Below are positions 36,110 to 46,879 of a stretch of 64,000 bases of DNA, piece by piece. Made by a program: the position numbers and the translations under genes. The stretch is from Candidatus Hydrogenedentota bacterium. GTDB lineage: Bacteria; Hydrogenedentota; Hydrogenedentia; Hydrogenedentales; SLHB01. The stretch lies in assembly GCA_963674865.2 (NCBI GenBank), contig CAXXYE010000009.1, positions 1,344,001 through 1,408,000 of the forward strand. Reading direction: 5' to 3'. The notes beneath the pieces are model-generated. The model saw nothing but the letters and a program-made list of their open reading frames with translations, was not told the DNA's origin and made no database searches. Each line of letters begins with the position of its first letter. The stretch's first letter is position 1.

Positions 36110-37873
36110 TCAAGCCAACGCGGCATCCACCGCATCGGACAGCGCCTTGTGGACGCGCGCATTCTCCTCGCGGTTGGTTCTCACCTCAATGAGCGTCGGG
36201 CCGGTTGCCGTCGAATATGCTGCGGTAAGGTCTTCCACGAAGGCTGGCTGGGAGTAGGACAGATGGAACATATCCGCGGCCTTCTCAAAGGCAAGTCCGT
36301 GGGGGGTGGCGAAGAACTCCTCGAAATAGGCATCGAATTTGGCGATGGGGAGGAAGTGGAAGATGCCTCCGCCGTTGTTGTTGAGCACCACGAGCGTGAC
36401 GGGCGCGCGAGTCCTTCCCAATAGCGCGAGTGAATTGAGGTCGTGCAGAAGAGCCAAGTCTCCGATGAGCGCCGTGACGGGCTGGCCCAACGCGTCGGCA
36501 TATCCCGCGGCGGCGGCCAGGTTTCCCTCGATGCCGCTGGCCCCGCGATTAGCGAAGACGCGCACGCCTGCGTGGGTTGGGCCGCCGAATCGATCCACAT
36601 CGCGAATGGGCATGCTGTTTCCGATAAACAAGGTCGAGCCCTCGGGGGCATGATGAGCAACAAACCGTGCAACGCCCGGTTCGGTAAGCACGCCGCACGC
36701 CCCAAGGTATCTACCGATGGCTCCCTCAGCCTTCATCGAGGCCGTATGCAGTGTTTTCACCCATGCGGCGTCAACCTGGGGCCGCCCCGCCTCGGAAAGC
36801 CACGCGCAAAAAGAAGGGATGTCCGCCTCGACTCGATGGGATACCTGGTGGAAGGGATCATGACGAAAGGGATGCTCGGCGACATGGACGTAAGTTGCCG
36901 GTTGGACGGATTTCAGATGACGCAGTAGCGCCTCGCATACGACAGGGCCGCCTAGCTGAAGGACGGCGTCGGGCTTGAGGAACTCCAGGAATCGGGCCGA
37001 AGACATCAGCGCTCCGTAGTTCGTGATGATATGTGTCGAGTCCACCCGTCTCCGCAGGCCCGACGTGGCGTCAGCAAATACCGGCCATTGCAGCGCCTGT
37101 GCCAAGGCCAGCGCCGCCTCTTGCGCGGCGGGCTCTCGCAGTTCGCCGATGATCAGCAGCCCCTTCCGCGCGGTGTTAACCACGTCAAGGAGATGCCTCA
37201 ATTCCGCGGCCGCAGGTTCTTGCCTCGGAGCCGTGTACTCTGTGTAGGGCCGGCCGGACGTCTCCCAGGAGGCCAAGTGCCGGAGATATTCCTTGGGAGG
37301 CGGCCCCGCCTCTGTGGGCGCCAGGGGCTCACGGAACATGCAGTCTAGGTGAACCGGGCCTGCCGGAGCGCGTCGGGAGCGATGGACGGCTTGAGCAGTG
37401 GCTGTGAGGACGACCTCGGGGGCGATGTCCGCCGTGGGACATGGCAATGTCGCCCGCCAACGCGCGAAACGCTCGAAGACGCCTGTCTGTTCAATTGTCT
37501 GATTCGCGCCCGTGTCGAGCAGTTCCGGCGGCCTGTCAGCGCTCAACACGATCAGCGGCACGCGCGCTTTCGACGCCTCGGCCACGGCGGGCAGGTAGTT
37601 AGCGACGGCAGTGCCCGATGTACAGATGAGGGCGGCCGGGAGCCCGGTGGCGGCGCCGTGGGCCAACGCATAGTAGGCAAGGCCCCGCTCGTCAAAATGA
37701 ACGCGGCTTCTCGCGCGTTCGTTCTCCGCGACGGCCAACGTTAACGGCGTGCTTCGCGAACCGGGCGAGACGCAGAAAGTCTCAACGCCGTTTCGCGCTA
37801 ATTCCTCCACCAACAGCGCCGCCCAGAGGCCGTTGAGGTGTGATTCGCTGCCCATAGGCATCAGTCCGCTCAT
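36110..37873 (-). CDS. menD: SEPHCHC synthase (ThDP-dependent)
   Basis: SPGSRSTPL, DERG, TSGTAVAN, ADRPPEL, NRGASGIEG, GDLALLHDLN. Confidence 0.96.
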   Translation of the reverse strand: MSGLMPMGSESHLNGLWAALLVEELARNGVETFCVSPGSRSTPLTLAVAENERARSRVHFDERGLAYYALAHGAATGLPAALICTSGTAVANYLPAVAEASKARVPLIVLSADRPPELLDTGANQTIEQTGVFERFARWRATLPCPTADIAPEVVLTATAQAVHRSRRAPAGPVHLDCMFREPLAPTEAGPPPKEYLRHLASWETSGRPYTEYTAPRQEPAAAELRHLLDVVNTARKGLLIIGELREPAAQEAALALAQALQWPVFADATSGLRRRVDSTHIITNYGALMSSARFLEFLKPDAVLQLGGPVVCEALLRHLKSVQPATYVHVAEHPFRHDPFHQVSHRVEADIPSFCAWLSEAGRPQVDAAWVKTLHTASMKAEGAIGRYLGACGVLTEPGVARFVAHHAPEGSTLFIGNSMPIRDVDRFGGPTHAGVRVFANRGASGIEGNLAAAAGYADALGQPVTALIGDLALLHDLNSLALLGRTRAPVTLVVLNNNGGGIFHFLPIAKFDAYFEEFFATPHGLAFEKAADMFHLSYSQPAFVEDLTAAYSTATGPTLIEVRTNREENARVHKALSDAVDAALA

Positions 37874-39261
37874 TCGTTCCAGATGCCGACAAAGAGGCCC
37901 AACTTGCTCTCAAGCTCTTCCCACTCGGCCTGAGGGATGGAGCCGTCGATGATGCCCGCGCCGGTGTAGAGCGTGAGTGTGTTTTCCCGCACCAGGCCGG
38001 AGCGGATCGCCACGGCGAACTCCGCCGCGTCATAGCCGGCCCAGCCCACCGGGCCTGCGTACCACCCGCGCTTGAACGGTTCAAGCCGTGCCACGTTCTC
38101 GAGGGCCCGCGCGGCCGGATATCCGCCAACGGACGGCGTGGGATGCATGGCCTCAAGGATCACCGCATCCGCATCGGTTGAAGCCAGAAGGCCCTCGATG
38201 GAGCAAAGAAGGTGCCTGCAATGTTTGAGCCTGAGGTCCGATAGCTCCGGCGCGATATGCACCGTCCGGCAGAGGCGATGCAGCACATCGCGAATCGCGG
38301 CGGCGACGATGTGATGCTCGCTGCGATCCTTCTCGCTTGCCAGTAGTTCTTCCCACAAGGCCGTGTCCTCGGCGGGCGAATTGCCCCGGGGGCGCGTTCC
38401 CGCGACAGCCTCTGTTTGGATGTAGCGGCTCCGGCGTTTGTAGAGGCGCTCAGGCGACGCGCCCAAGAAGGCGGCGAAGCGCCGCGGCTGGAAGTAGAAT
38501 CGGTAGCCGTTGTCCCCCCGGTGCGCCAGTGTCGCGAGCAGGGACAACGGCGCGATCTTGCGTGCGAATGAGAGGTCCGTCTCCCTGGCTAACACGATCT
38601 TCGTGAATGCGTTCCCCCTGATGAGTCCGAGTGCGCGCTCCACCATCTCGCACCAATGTGAGCGATCTGGCCGATCTTCCCTCGAAACGGGTGCCTCAAG
38701 CATATCGACCTTGCGTGTTTTCGGGAAACGGATGTCATACAGTGTCACCAGCGCATTGTCTACCTCGCGCCGGTGCGGCTCGCCCTCGCGAAATACCAGG
38801 TTGCACGCGAGATATGACTGGCCACTACGATTGAGAATCTCGATCCGTGGCAATACGAAACGGCACGAGCCAAAGGGCTCCCACGCCGCGGTGATCTCGT
38901 CACTTGGAGAGAAGCTGAAGCCGCCGTAATACCGCAGACCCGGCTCCCCGGGGTCGAGTCGCTCCCGGATCTTTTCCAGAGGCCGGTGGAAGTCGCGCGG
39001 GCCGTCCTCCGCCACAACGTCTGCTGCACCGAGGCCCGCTACTTCCAGCTCCCCATCACGGCCCGCCCAGTACACGATGGCGTCCGCCTCCTGCGCTCCA
39101 AGCCAGTGCAAGACGTCCACGTCGGCGATGGGCAACGTTACGCGTACTGTCTGATGGCACCGCGCGGGACGGCCGCGACTTGCCTCGAAGGCCTGTTCGA
39201 TCAGTTCAGCCATGAGCCGTTTGGCGGAATTCAGCGCGCCGTGTTCGATGGGGCCACCCAT
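37870..39261 (-). CDS. menF: Isochorismate synthase
   Basis: KIVLAR, GASPERL, EAVAGT, HPTPSVGG, RGWYAGPVG, GAGI; ATGA overlap with menD. Confidence 0.93.
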   Translation of the reverse strand: MGGPIEHGALNSAKRLMAELIEQAFEASRGRPARCHQTVRVTLPIADVDVLHWLGAQEADAIVYWAGRDGELEVAGLGAADVVAEDGPRDFHRPLEKIRERLDPGEPGLRYYGGFSFSPSDEITAAWEPFGSCRFVLPRIEILNRSGQSYLACNLVFREGEPHRREVDNALVTLYDIRFPKTRKVDMLEAPVSREDRPDRSHWCEMVERALGLIRGNAFTKIVLARETDLSFARKIAPLSLLATLAHRGDNGYRFYFQPRRFAAFLGASPERLYKRRSRYIQTEAVAGTRPRGNSPAEDTALWEELLASEKDRSEHHIVAAAIRDVLHRLCRTVHIAPELSDLRLKHCRHLLCSIEGLLASTDADAVILEAMHPTPSVGGYPAARALENVARLEPFKRGWYAGPVGWAGYDAAEFAVAIRSGLVRENTLTLYTGAGIIDGSIPQAEWEELESKLGLFVGIWNE

Positions 39262-39264
39262 GGG

Positions 39265-39996
39265 CTACCGTTCTCCCTGATAGAGTGTTGCGATGCCGCA
39301 CGTTAGGGGGTGTGCGGTCGCGCGGCGGAACCCGTTGGCCCGCAGCAGATCGCAAAACGCCTTGCCGTGTGGGAAGGCTTCAATGGATGTGTTGAGGTAG
39401 CGGTAGGCGCGCGTATCGCCCGTGAGAAAGCCGCCGATCAAGGGTAGGATGTGCCGGAGGTAGAACAGGTAGAGGATTCGGATGGAGCGGCTGTCAGGCA
39501 TCGAGAACTCCAAAACCAGCAAGCGGCCATCGGGGTTGAGAAGCCGCACCGTTTCACGGAGTACGGCGGCTACGTCAGGCATATTGCGCAAACCGAAAGC
39601 GATGATCACGGTTGAAAACCACCCCGCTCTGAGGCCCGTCTGTGCGGCGTCGCCGCGAACGAGGGCGATCTCGAGGCCCGGCTTCTTCTTCTTGAGTTTC
39701 TCACGGCCGACGGCAAGCATCCTTTCGGAGAGATCAAGTCCAACGACGCCCGAAACGCCTTCGGGGCGCCGGGCCAGTTCGAGCGGCACATCCGCGGTGC
39801 CCGTTGCCAGATCCGCCACCCATTGCCCCGGCTGCTCCGGCATGTGACGCACGAGCTGTCTGCGCCACGCAACATCACGCCGCAACGATAAGAGGCGATT
39901 GGCAATGTCATAACGACCCGCTATCCGATCAAACATCGCCGGGACGGCATCCCGTGAGTTGTCGCAACGAGCCGTGCATCCGGCGTTTTTCTCCAC
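39265..39996 (-). CDS. menG: Demethylmenaquinone methyltransferase (MenG/UbiE)
   Basis: MFDRIA..YD..NRLLS, DLATGTAD, IAFGLRN, LVLEFS, AYRYL..SI..FP; GTG start inferred. Confidence 0.92.
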   Translation of the reverse strand: MEKNAGCTARCDNSRDAVPAMFDRIAGRYDIANRLLSLRRDVAWRRQLVRHMPEQPGQWVADLATGTADVPLELARRPEGVSGVVGLDLSERMLAVGREKLKKKKPGLEIALVRGDAAQTGLRAGWFSTVIIAFGLRNMPDVAAVLRETVRLLNPDGRLLVLEFSMPDSRSIRILYLFYLRHILPLIGGFLTGDTRAYRYLNTSIEAFPHGKAFCDLLRANGFRRATAHPLTCGIATLYQGER

Positions 39997-40070
39997 GGCC
40001 CTTATCCTATCCCGTTGATTTCGAGTGAGGCAAGCCAAACACCACCTATGTAGCATCCCCAACGGACGAA

Positions 40071-41183
40071 TCAGCGCCGGCCGGGAGCAAGTGTCGTTCG
40101 AACCGCGTCGAGCACTTCCCGCGCCTCGATGCGTTGCAGACACTCCGGCTCACCGTACAGAGGACATATGTCCTCTTGGCACGGACTACATTCGATATCT
40201 TCGCGAAGCACCGTGTGTCCCTCACCGTAGGGATACCAGATGGTTGGGAAAAAGCGGCCGCCGAAGACGGCCACCACCGGAGTTCCCATGGCGTAGGCGA
40301 CATGCATCATGCCTGTATCATTGCTGACGAATACACGGCACTGCTGCGCTACGGCCGCGGCTTCGAGTATGGAGGTCTTGCCTGCGAGATCGATGCAGCC
40401 CCCACCTATCTGCCGCGCCACGGCGGAAGTCAATTCCGCCTCGCCCGCGGCGCCCGTCAGCGCGATGCAGGCGTTCTCCATCTCAATGAGTCTTCGGCCC
40501 ACTTCGGCGAATCGCTCCACGGGCCACCGATTCGCCGGGCGCTTTGCACCACAATGCATGCCCACCAGGAGGCGTTCCCCTGCGTCCCCAAGGAGTGTCT
40601 TTGCTCGGGCTTTATCCTCCTCCGCGGCCCTCAGCCATGGAAACGGCTCGACATCCGAAGCTTCAAGAGGAGCAAGTAGGTTCGCCAGTCGCTCTACTTG
40701 TCGGATCGTGTAGTCGGTGGGCGTCACCAGTTGGCATCCTGCCACACGCCTTACGCCGGAGGTCCCGAGCAAAGCCAGGTACTTCGCCAGGCTCGAGAAG
40801 GCTGCAAGGTGATTGGGCAACAGCACCGCCAAGTCGATGTCCAGCGCCCGAATGCGCGCGCGGAGGCCGCGGAGGAATCCGGGGCGACTCGATTCATCTG
40901 CGTAGTAGACGATTTGCTCGTTGAAGGTTGGATCGCCCGCGAGCAGTTCTCGGGCGCCCGGCGCGCCGCGCTCCGTAGGGGAGGTCAGCAGCGTCATGTG
41001 CGCTGTGGGAAAGCGCTTCCGCAGGGCGTGAAAGGCGGGCAATGCCACCACGATGTCCCCGATATTGCCCAGCCTCACGATCAGGATGCGGGCGGTTTTT
41101 TCCGGCCGACGGCCGCCCGGCGAGGCAGCGACAGCCAAAGCGCCCATCTTCAACAGCGCGTTCGACGCTTTGTTCGTTCGCAT
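40071..41183 (-). CDS. Glycosyltransferase family 9 (heptosyltransferase-like)
   Basis: RILIVRLGNIGDIV, GA....NRWP.ERF, DLAGKTS, VSNDTG.MH.A.A.GTP. Confidence 0.9.
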   Translation of the reverse strand: MRTNKASNALLKMGALAVAASPGGRRPEKTARILIVRLGNIGDIVVALPAFHALRKRFPTAHMTLLTSPTERGAPGARELLAGDPTFNEQIVYYADESSRPGFLRGLRARIRALDIDLAVLLPNHLAAFSSLAKYLALLGTSGVRRVAGCQLVTPTDYTIRQVERLANLLAPLEASDVEPFPWLRAAEEDKARAKTLLGDAGERLLVGMHCGAKRPANRWPVERFAEVGRRLIEMENACIALTGAAGEAELTSAVARQIGGGCIDLAGKTSILEAAAVAQQCRVFVSNDTGMMHVAYAMGTPVVAVFGGRFFPTIWYPYGEGHTVLREDIECSPCQEDICPLYGEPECLQRIEAREVLDAVRTTLAPGRR

Positions 41184-41500
41184 CTTCTGCACTTCTACCG
41201 CCCGAATCTATCGCCTTCTTTTGGGGACGCTTGGCCAGTGTCGTGGCCACATGGTACCCGACACCAGACAACGGGGCAACGTGTGTTCCGTCGCGCCCCG
41301 CTCGCGCGCCGTGCCGCAACTCCCTGGCCGCTTGTGGATTGGCGACGGCGGGCGCGCCATAGAATCAGAGCCCGGCCATTGAAGCCCGGATCACTGGCGC
41401 GGTATGATTCGCCGAATGGCCTCCGAGGCGGGCGCCCTCTCTGATGGATGGCGCGCTGGGGAAACGGCGGCAAGTCACAGACGCACGGATGGTAATAGAA

Positions 41501-42637
41501 ATGAAAGTACCTCTTCTGGACCTCAAGGCCCAACTGGCAACTATCGAGGATGAACTCAAGGCCGCCGTACTCGAGGTGATCGATTCGACCCGCTACATCA
41601 TGGGGCCGAAAGTCGAGGCCCTCGAAGAAGCCGTTGCCGCGTACACGGATTCCCAATTCGCCATAGGCGTTTCCTCGGGCACCGATGCCCTCCTCGCAGC
41701 ACTCATGGTGCTTGACGTGGGCCCCGGCGACATCGTCGTCACCGCACCCTACACCTTCTTCGCCACAGCCGGCGCTATCGCCCGACTTCATGCCATCCCC
41801 GCGTTCGTCGACATCGGCCCTGACACTTACAACATGGATCCCGCCGCTCTTCGGGCCTGGTTTGAGAACGAAACCGAGAAGAGGGATAAGGTGAAAGCCA
41901 TTATCCCGGTACACCTTTACGGCCAGTGCGCGGACATGGAGCCAATTCTTGAGGTCGCCCGCCAGTTCAACGTGCCCGTTATCGAGGATGCCGCCCAGGC
42001 TATCGGCGCGCAGTATCCCTCGAAGGAGGGCTTGAAAAAGGCCGGTAGCATGGGGGCGATGGGCTGCTTCTCTTTCTTCCCCAGCAAGAATCTCGGCGGC
42101 ATTGGCGACGGCGGCATGATCGTTACCGATGCTCCGGACCTCGACGAAAAGCTCCGCTGCGTGCGCGGACAGGGCATCCAACCCAAGTACTACCACCCTG
42201 TTATCGGCGCCAATTTCCGGCTCGACACCATCCAGGCCGCCGCCCTTCTCGTCAAGCTCAAGTACCTCGACACGTGGCATGGTATGCGCCGAGAGAACGC
42301 GGCCTATTATGACGAGAATCTGCATGCCGAGGGCGTCAAGAAGCCGCACATCACCTATCAGCGCGAGCACCATATCTACAATCAGTATGTTGTGGCGGTT
42401 CCCGAGCGGCGCGATGAGCTTCGGGAGCACCTGAACCGGAGTGATATCGGCAACGAAGTCTATTACTTCTTGGCCCTGCACCAACAGGCGTGCTTTGCGT
42501 ATCTGGGCTATCGCAAGGGGGATTTTCCGCACAGCGAGTACGCCGCCGCCCATACCGTCGCCCTACCCATCTATCCAGAGTTGACGACGGAAATGCAGGA
42601 TGCTGTAATAGAGAGCATCGAGGCTTTCTACGCCTGA
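41501..42637 (+). CDS. DegT/DnrJ/EryC1/StrS nucleotide-sugar aminotransferase
   Basis: SGTDAL, PVHLYGQ, EDAAQA, SFFPSKNLG, NFRLDTIQAA, LPIYPEL. Confidence 0.95.
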   Translation: MKVPLLDLKAQLATIEDELKAAVLEVIDSTRYIMGPKVEALEEAVAAYTDSQFAIGVSSGTDALLAALMVLDVGPGDIVVTAPYTFFATAGAIARLHAIPAFVDIGPDTYNMDPAALRAWFENETEKRDKVKAIIPVHLYGQCADMEPILEVARQFNVPVIEDAAQAIGAQYPSKEGLKKAGSMGAMGCFSFFPSKNLGGIGDGGMIVTDAPDLDEKLRCVRGQGIQPKYYHPVIGANFRLDTIQAAALLVKLKYLDTWHGMRRENAAYYDENLHAEGVKKPHITYQREHHIYNQYVVAVPERRDELREHLNRSDIGNEVYYFLALHQQACFAYLGYRKGDFPHSEYAAAHTVALPIYPELTTEMQDAVIESIEAFYA

Positions 42638-42752
42638 GGAGTGCTGTAGGCAAGAGCCAACGGCACGTGGGATTCTGCTGCGGTTCCGGGCAGTATCGCT
42701 GTCAACGTGAAGAGCCGGCATGCGCTGACGCTCCGAGCGTGGCAGGTGTTGG

Positions 42753-42781
42753 TGTCACCTTCTTTAAGGCTGTAGCGTCTA
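42753..42781 (+). promoter_or_regulatory. Possible ECF-sigma promoter
   Basis: TGTCAC-N17-CGTCTA upstream of the membrane-anchored repeat protein; resembles ECF -35/-10 patterns but is weak. Confidence 0.25.
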
Positions 42782-42981
42782 CTCTTAGGTGAAGTGGCCT
42801 GGAAGATGCCGGGCCGAGGGATTCGGTATCTGAATAGAGAAAAGTGCTAATATCTCCACGCGAGGCCCACGGGCGAACGCCGGCGGGTCCCTTGCAGGCC
42901 GTCCGGAGTGGCCCGTTGCCGATCCGCACCGCCCAGGATATCCTAGAAGTATCCCTTTCGATGTGAGCGGAGGAATTTGAT

Positions 42982-45900
42982 GTGAATGCCAACTTGCGCC
43001 TGGCTTTGATGGTTGCGTTCTTCGTGGTGGTGGCTGCCGTGGTGTGGCACGTCTTGAGTCCCGGCGGCGACGAAACGGGCCCGCAAGATGTCGTGAAACC
43101 GCCGGCCCGCGCTCCCCAGGCATCCCACGACGCCGCGTCGAGCGCGGAGCCGCGAGGCACGACAGTCGAGGTCAGCCCAAGGGCTCTGCGCGACAGCGGG
43201 CCGGTGGGCAGGATGGCAGAGCGGCTTAACCGAGACAAGGGGCCGAAGCCTTTGGAGAAAGGCGAGGGGGTCATTACGGGCCGGGCCTTCATCGAGGCCA
43301 CCGATCAGCCTGTGGCAGGCGCCAGCGTCACGATGAGGCTGTTCAACGCGGACATCTATCCGAGGGCGGACAAGGAAGCGCCGCAGCAGACGGCCACGAC
43401 GGACGCAGACGGCGAGTTCACCTTTGCGGAGTTGGCGTGGGGCGAATACGGCGTGGCGGTCGTGAAGGATAACCTGTTCGGCGTACGCTCGGCCCGTATC
43501 CACGAAGGCCGGCCGGAGAAGATGCTTGAATTCAAGATGAAGCCGGCGGGGTCGATCTCCGGTTATGTGCGGAACGCTGAGGGAGAAGGCATCGCGGGGG
43601 CCACCATCTATCCGCACAAGGAGGCAGGGAGCGAGAAAGACTTCACGCTCCAATGGGCGATCTCGATGTGTGTTGAAACGGATGACGAGGGCCGCTTCAC
43701 CATCGACAATCTGTGGGAAGGCGAGTGGCAGCTTGTAGCGCAGCACGACGATTACGCCACCCTTGTCTCGGACTTCATTACCGTCGGCACAACCGACGCC
43801 GAGTTGATCATGGGCCAAGGCGGAAGCGTAAGCGGCACGGTGGTCGAGGCGTCCACAAGTGCGCCTGCGCCCGGCGTGAAACTCACGATCACCTCCGAGT
43901 TCCGGCGCGATAAATTCGATGTCACGTCGGATGAATCCGGTGCGTTCCAGATCGCGACGCTTTCCACCGGAGAATACACGGCGTGGGTGCGCGATGACGC
44001 CATGGTGATGAAGGATAGTCAAGGGGCGAAGTTCAACATCCGCGACGCTCAAGAGACGCGGGTGCGGGTCGAGGTGGCCCAGGGCGGAGTCATCCGCGGC
44101 CGCGTCTACAAGGTAGAGACTAACGAGGGGATTCCCGGCCTCGTCGTCCGCGCCAACGGCGAGGGGCAAGGTGTGCCCAGCAGGGAGGGCGAGGCCTCCG
44201 ACGCTTCAGGCTCTTACGAGATCGTGGGACTTGGCGACGGTATGTACCGGATCTCGTACGAAGGGGCCAAGGGGCTTCCCAATATGGACTGGCGGGACCG
44301 CCCGATAGTCTCCGTTCGAATCGGGCAGATCGTCGAGGGGATCGATATCCCCGTCACCATGGGCGTGCCCGTGGAGGGCCGTGTCATTGACGCCGCCGGA
44401 GTAGGGGTGCCTGATGTCCGTGTGATGGCGTCGGTGTCTCAAGGTGGACGCTACGCCAATGTGAAGGCCGATGATGAAGGGTATTTTGAGTTGGCGGGTT
44501 TTTCGGCCAGCAGCGAGTTGTACATCAAGGCCGAGAAGAAGGGCCTTTCCGCGCCTCCATTAGGGCCGCTCACGGTGCCTCAGGAAGGATTGACGGGCAT
44601 CGAGATCGTGCTTGCCGATGAGGCGAAGATCTCCGGTACCGTGGTCGATAAATCCGGCCGGCCTGTTGAAGGCGCCCGGGTGTTTGCCAGCTCGAAGACC
44701 ACGCGACGCTTCGGCTATTCGTCCCAAACCACCGATGCCCAGGGCGAGTTCACCCTTGTCGGACTCCACGCAGGCGCATTCGATATTAACGTCAATCCTC
44801 CCGGGAGCGATGCCTGGCGGAACAACGCCCTCGAAACCGTCACCCTTGGAGAAGCAGAGCATCGGACAGGCATACGGCTCGTGTTGGACGACGCGGATGG
44901 ACTGTCGATTTCGGGCCGCGTAACCAATGAGCAAGGACAAGGCATCGAGCGCGCCAATGTCAGCGCGAACGGCAGGGATAGCTACGCGTACGCGTCCAGT
45001 GACAAGGATGGCGCCTACACGGTGAGCGGACTCTCTGAGGGGCCGCATTACGTCTCCGTGAGCCACCAGCAGTATACCGGCGATCAACGCCAGCAGATCG
45101 ACGCCGGCTCCACGAATGTTGATTTCGTTCTGGCTGCGCGAGGCGCCATCAAGGGGCAAGTCATTGCCGCGGACACGGGCGCCCCCATTACCAGTTTCGA
45201 GATCATGCAACAGAGCGGAAGACACATGCAGCTTGAGCCTTGGATGTCGGAGCGCTTTGCGCGTGTCCACGATGAGGAGGGGCGGTTCAGCCTGACGGGC
45301 GTGGAGGCGAAAGATGTGACGGTCATGGCGCGTGCCGATGGCTATGCCATGTCGACGGAGTACATCTCCGGCGTGCTGCCCGGCGAGACAACCGATGGTG
45401 TGGTTATTCGCCTTGAGCGTGGCGCTTTGGTTGAAGGTACGGTGCAGGATCCGAGCGGCGCCCCGCTGGCCGGCGTCTCGATCTACATGGGCGGCGTCCC
45501 GCCGGAGCACAGTCGTGATCGCGGCGTCGCGGCTCGGACGGATGCCCAAGGGGCGTTCCAGCTGTCTAGCGTAGGCAAGGACACCACCTCCATTTCTGCT
45601 TACTATCCCGGCTACGCGCCGGCCACGGTGGCCATTAGTGTCGATGCGCGCCGCACGACGCGCGTCGATATTTGCCTGACAGCAGGCGGCGAAATCGAAG
45701 GCACGGTTCGCGTGGGAGGCACGCCTTCGAACGGCCAGTGGGTGAACGTCTACGATGCCAGCGCACCGGGCGGCAACCAATCCGGGAAAAGCACGGACGA
45801 GAATGGATTCTACCGGTTGACGGGCCTGGCCGCGGGAACCGTGCGAGTAAGCGTGCACCTGAGTGATGGCCAAGGCTCGCCCAGTGGACGCAATATCACC

Positions 45901-46569
45901 AGGGAGGCGGTGATCGAGGATGGGCTCGTGACGGTGGTGGACTTCGACGTGCCCTTGGCCGACGCCGCGATCGAGGGCGCCGTGACGAGCGGCGGGCAGC
46001 CTGTGAAGGGCGGCCATGTGAACGTCCAAGTGAAAGGCCAAGGCGGCATGCAGGAGTCATCCTATAGCGCTATCAAGTCCGACGGAACGTATCGAATCGA
46101 ATCGGCGCCCGTGGGCTCTGTCCGCCTTCAGGTAGGCGCGCAGACGGGCGATGGTGGCAGTTGGCGTACTAAGGTTGTCGACGTGGAAACCGTAAGCGGC
46201 CGCGTTACGCGCAGGGATATTGACTTCGAGTTGGGCGTCGTTGTCTCGGGAACGGTTAAGGGAACGCACGAGGGCGAGAAAGGATCGGTGATGGCCCTCA
46301 AAGGCCGCGTCGAACTTGGCGAGCCGGATATGGAGTTGTGGCAGGAGCTCTTTCAGGATGTGGCCGCTGCGGCCCAGCTTGGAGCTGACGGCGTATTCCG
46401 GCTGGAAGGACTTGAGCCGGGCGCCTACACGATCTTCGCCTTCGTGATCGATACCAGCGGCGGCCAACCCACCAGTCCCGAGGATGTATTTGCCAGAATG
46501 CGGCGCGATTCCGCCGTCGTTGAGGTTGGCGCGGACGGGATCGCCAACGTCAGCCTTTCCGTGAGGTAG
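42982..46569 (+). CDS. Membrane-anchored protein of tandem carboxypeptidase-regulatory-like beta-sandwich repeats
   Basis: N-terminal TM; about ten repeats of I.GRV.D..G.P..GA.V...TD..G.F...L..G.Y. Confidence 0.85.
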   Translation: MNANLRLALMVAFFVVVAAVVWHVLSPGGDETGPQDVVKPPARAPQASHDAASSAEPRGTTVEVSPRALRDSGPVGRMAERLNRDKGPKPLEKGEGVITGRAFIEATDQPVAGASVTMRLFNADIYPRADKEAPQQTATTDADGEFTFAELAWGEYGVAVVKDNLFGVRSARIHEGRPEKMLEFKMKPAGSISGYVRNAEGEGIAGATIYPHKEAGSEKDFTLQWAISMCVETDDEGRFTIDNLWEGEWQLVAQHDDYATLVSDFITVGTTDAELIMGQGGSVSGTVVEASTSAPAPGVKLTITSEFRRDKFDVTSDESGAFQIATLSTGEYTAWVRDDAMVMKDSQGAKFNIRDAQETRVRVEVAQGGVIRGRVYKVETNEGIPGLVVRANGEGQGVPSREGEASDASGSYEIVGLGDGMYRISYEGAKGLPNMDWRDRPIVSVRIGQIVEGIDIPVTMGVPVEGRVIDAAGVGVPDVRVMASVSQGGRYANVKADDEGYFELAGFSASSELYIKAEKKGLSAPPLGPLTVPQEGLTGIEIVLADEAKISGTVVDKSGRPVEGARVFASSKTTRRFGYSSQTTDAQGEFTLVGLHAGAFDINVNPPGSDAWRNNALETVTLGEAEHRTGIRLVLDDADGLSISGRVTNEQGQGIERANVSANGRDSYAYASSDKDGAYTVSGLSEGPHYVSVSHQQYTGDQRQQIDAGSTNVDFVLAARGAIKGQVIAADTGAPITSFEIMQQSGRHMQLEPWMSERFARVHDEEGRFSLTGVEAKDVTVMARADGYAMSTEYISGVLPGETTDGVVIRLERGALVEGTVQDPSGAPLAGVSIYMGGVPPEHSRDRGVAARTDAQGAFQLSSVGKDTTSISAYYPGYAPATVAISVDARRTTRVDICLTAGGEIEGTVRVGGTPSNGQWVNVYDASAPGGNQSGKSTDENGFYRLTGLAAGTVRVSVHLSDGQGSPSGRNITREAVIEDGLVTVVDFDVPLADAAIEGAVTSGGQPVKGGHVNVQVKGQGGMQESSYSAIKSDGTYRIESAPVGSVRLQVGAQTGDGGSWRTKVVDVETVSGRVTRRDIDFELGVVVSGTVKGTHEGEKGSVMALKGRVELGEPDMELWQELFQDVAAAAQLGADGVFRLEGLEPGAYTIFAFVIDTSGGQPTSPEDVFARMRRDSAVVEVGADGIANVSLSVR

Positions 46570-46594
46570 GATCGCCCTTGTTGACGCCTTTGTC

Positions 46595-46879
46595 TTAGGT
46601 TATGCCGCCGTTCCCCGTGCGTGAGGCCATGGCCTGTTTCAGCGCCTTGAGTTCTCGCTGGATAGGCCACTCGGAGAAGGCCAGGATGAGGATCATTACC
46701 AGGTTCGCGATGGGCAGGAGCAGGAGCAATCCCAGCGGGCCGGGATAGCCCGTCTTCCCCACAATGCGCCAGCTCACAATCGCGCTGAACACCAGAACCA
46801 CGAAGAGGAAGGCCAGATAGGCCAAGAAGATTCCCCCGAATACGAGAAGCTCACGATCCTGCATTTGGCTCACCGGCAT
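46595..46879 (-). CDS. Small membrane protein of unknown function
   Basis: Two to three TM segments, WRI..KTGY...LLLLP..N......AFSEWP pattern; overlaps the end of the upstream GTPase gene. Confidence 0.7.
   Translation of the reverse strand: MPVSQMQDRELLVFGGIFLAYLAFLFVVLVFSAIVSWRIVGKTGYPGPLGLLLLLPIANLVMILILAFSEWPIQRELKALKQAMASRTGNGGIT

Noticed and set aside
44560..46041. Long antisense or alternate-frame ORFs (e.g. 44560-46041, 41195-42553, 42943-44169, 52669-53727, 4639-5706)
   Set aside because: They shadow well-supported genes, lack motifs, and are expected in high-GC DNA.
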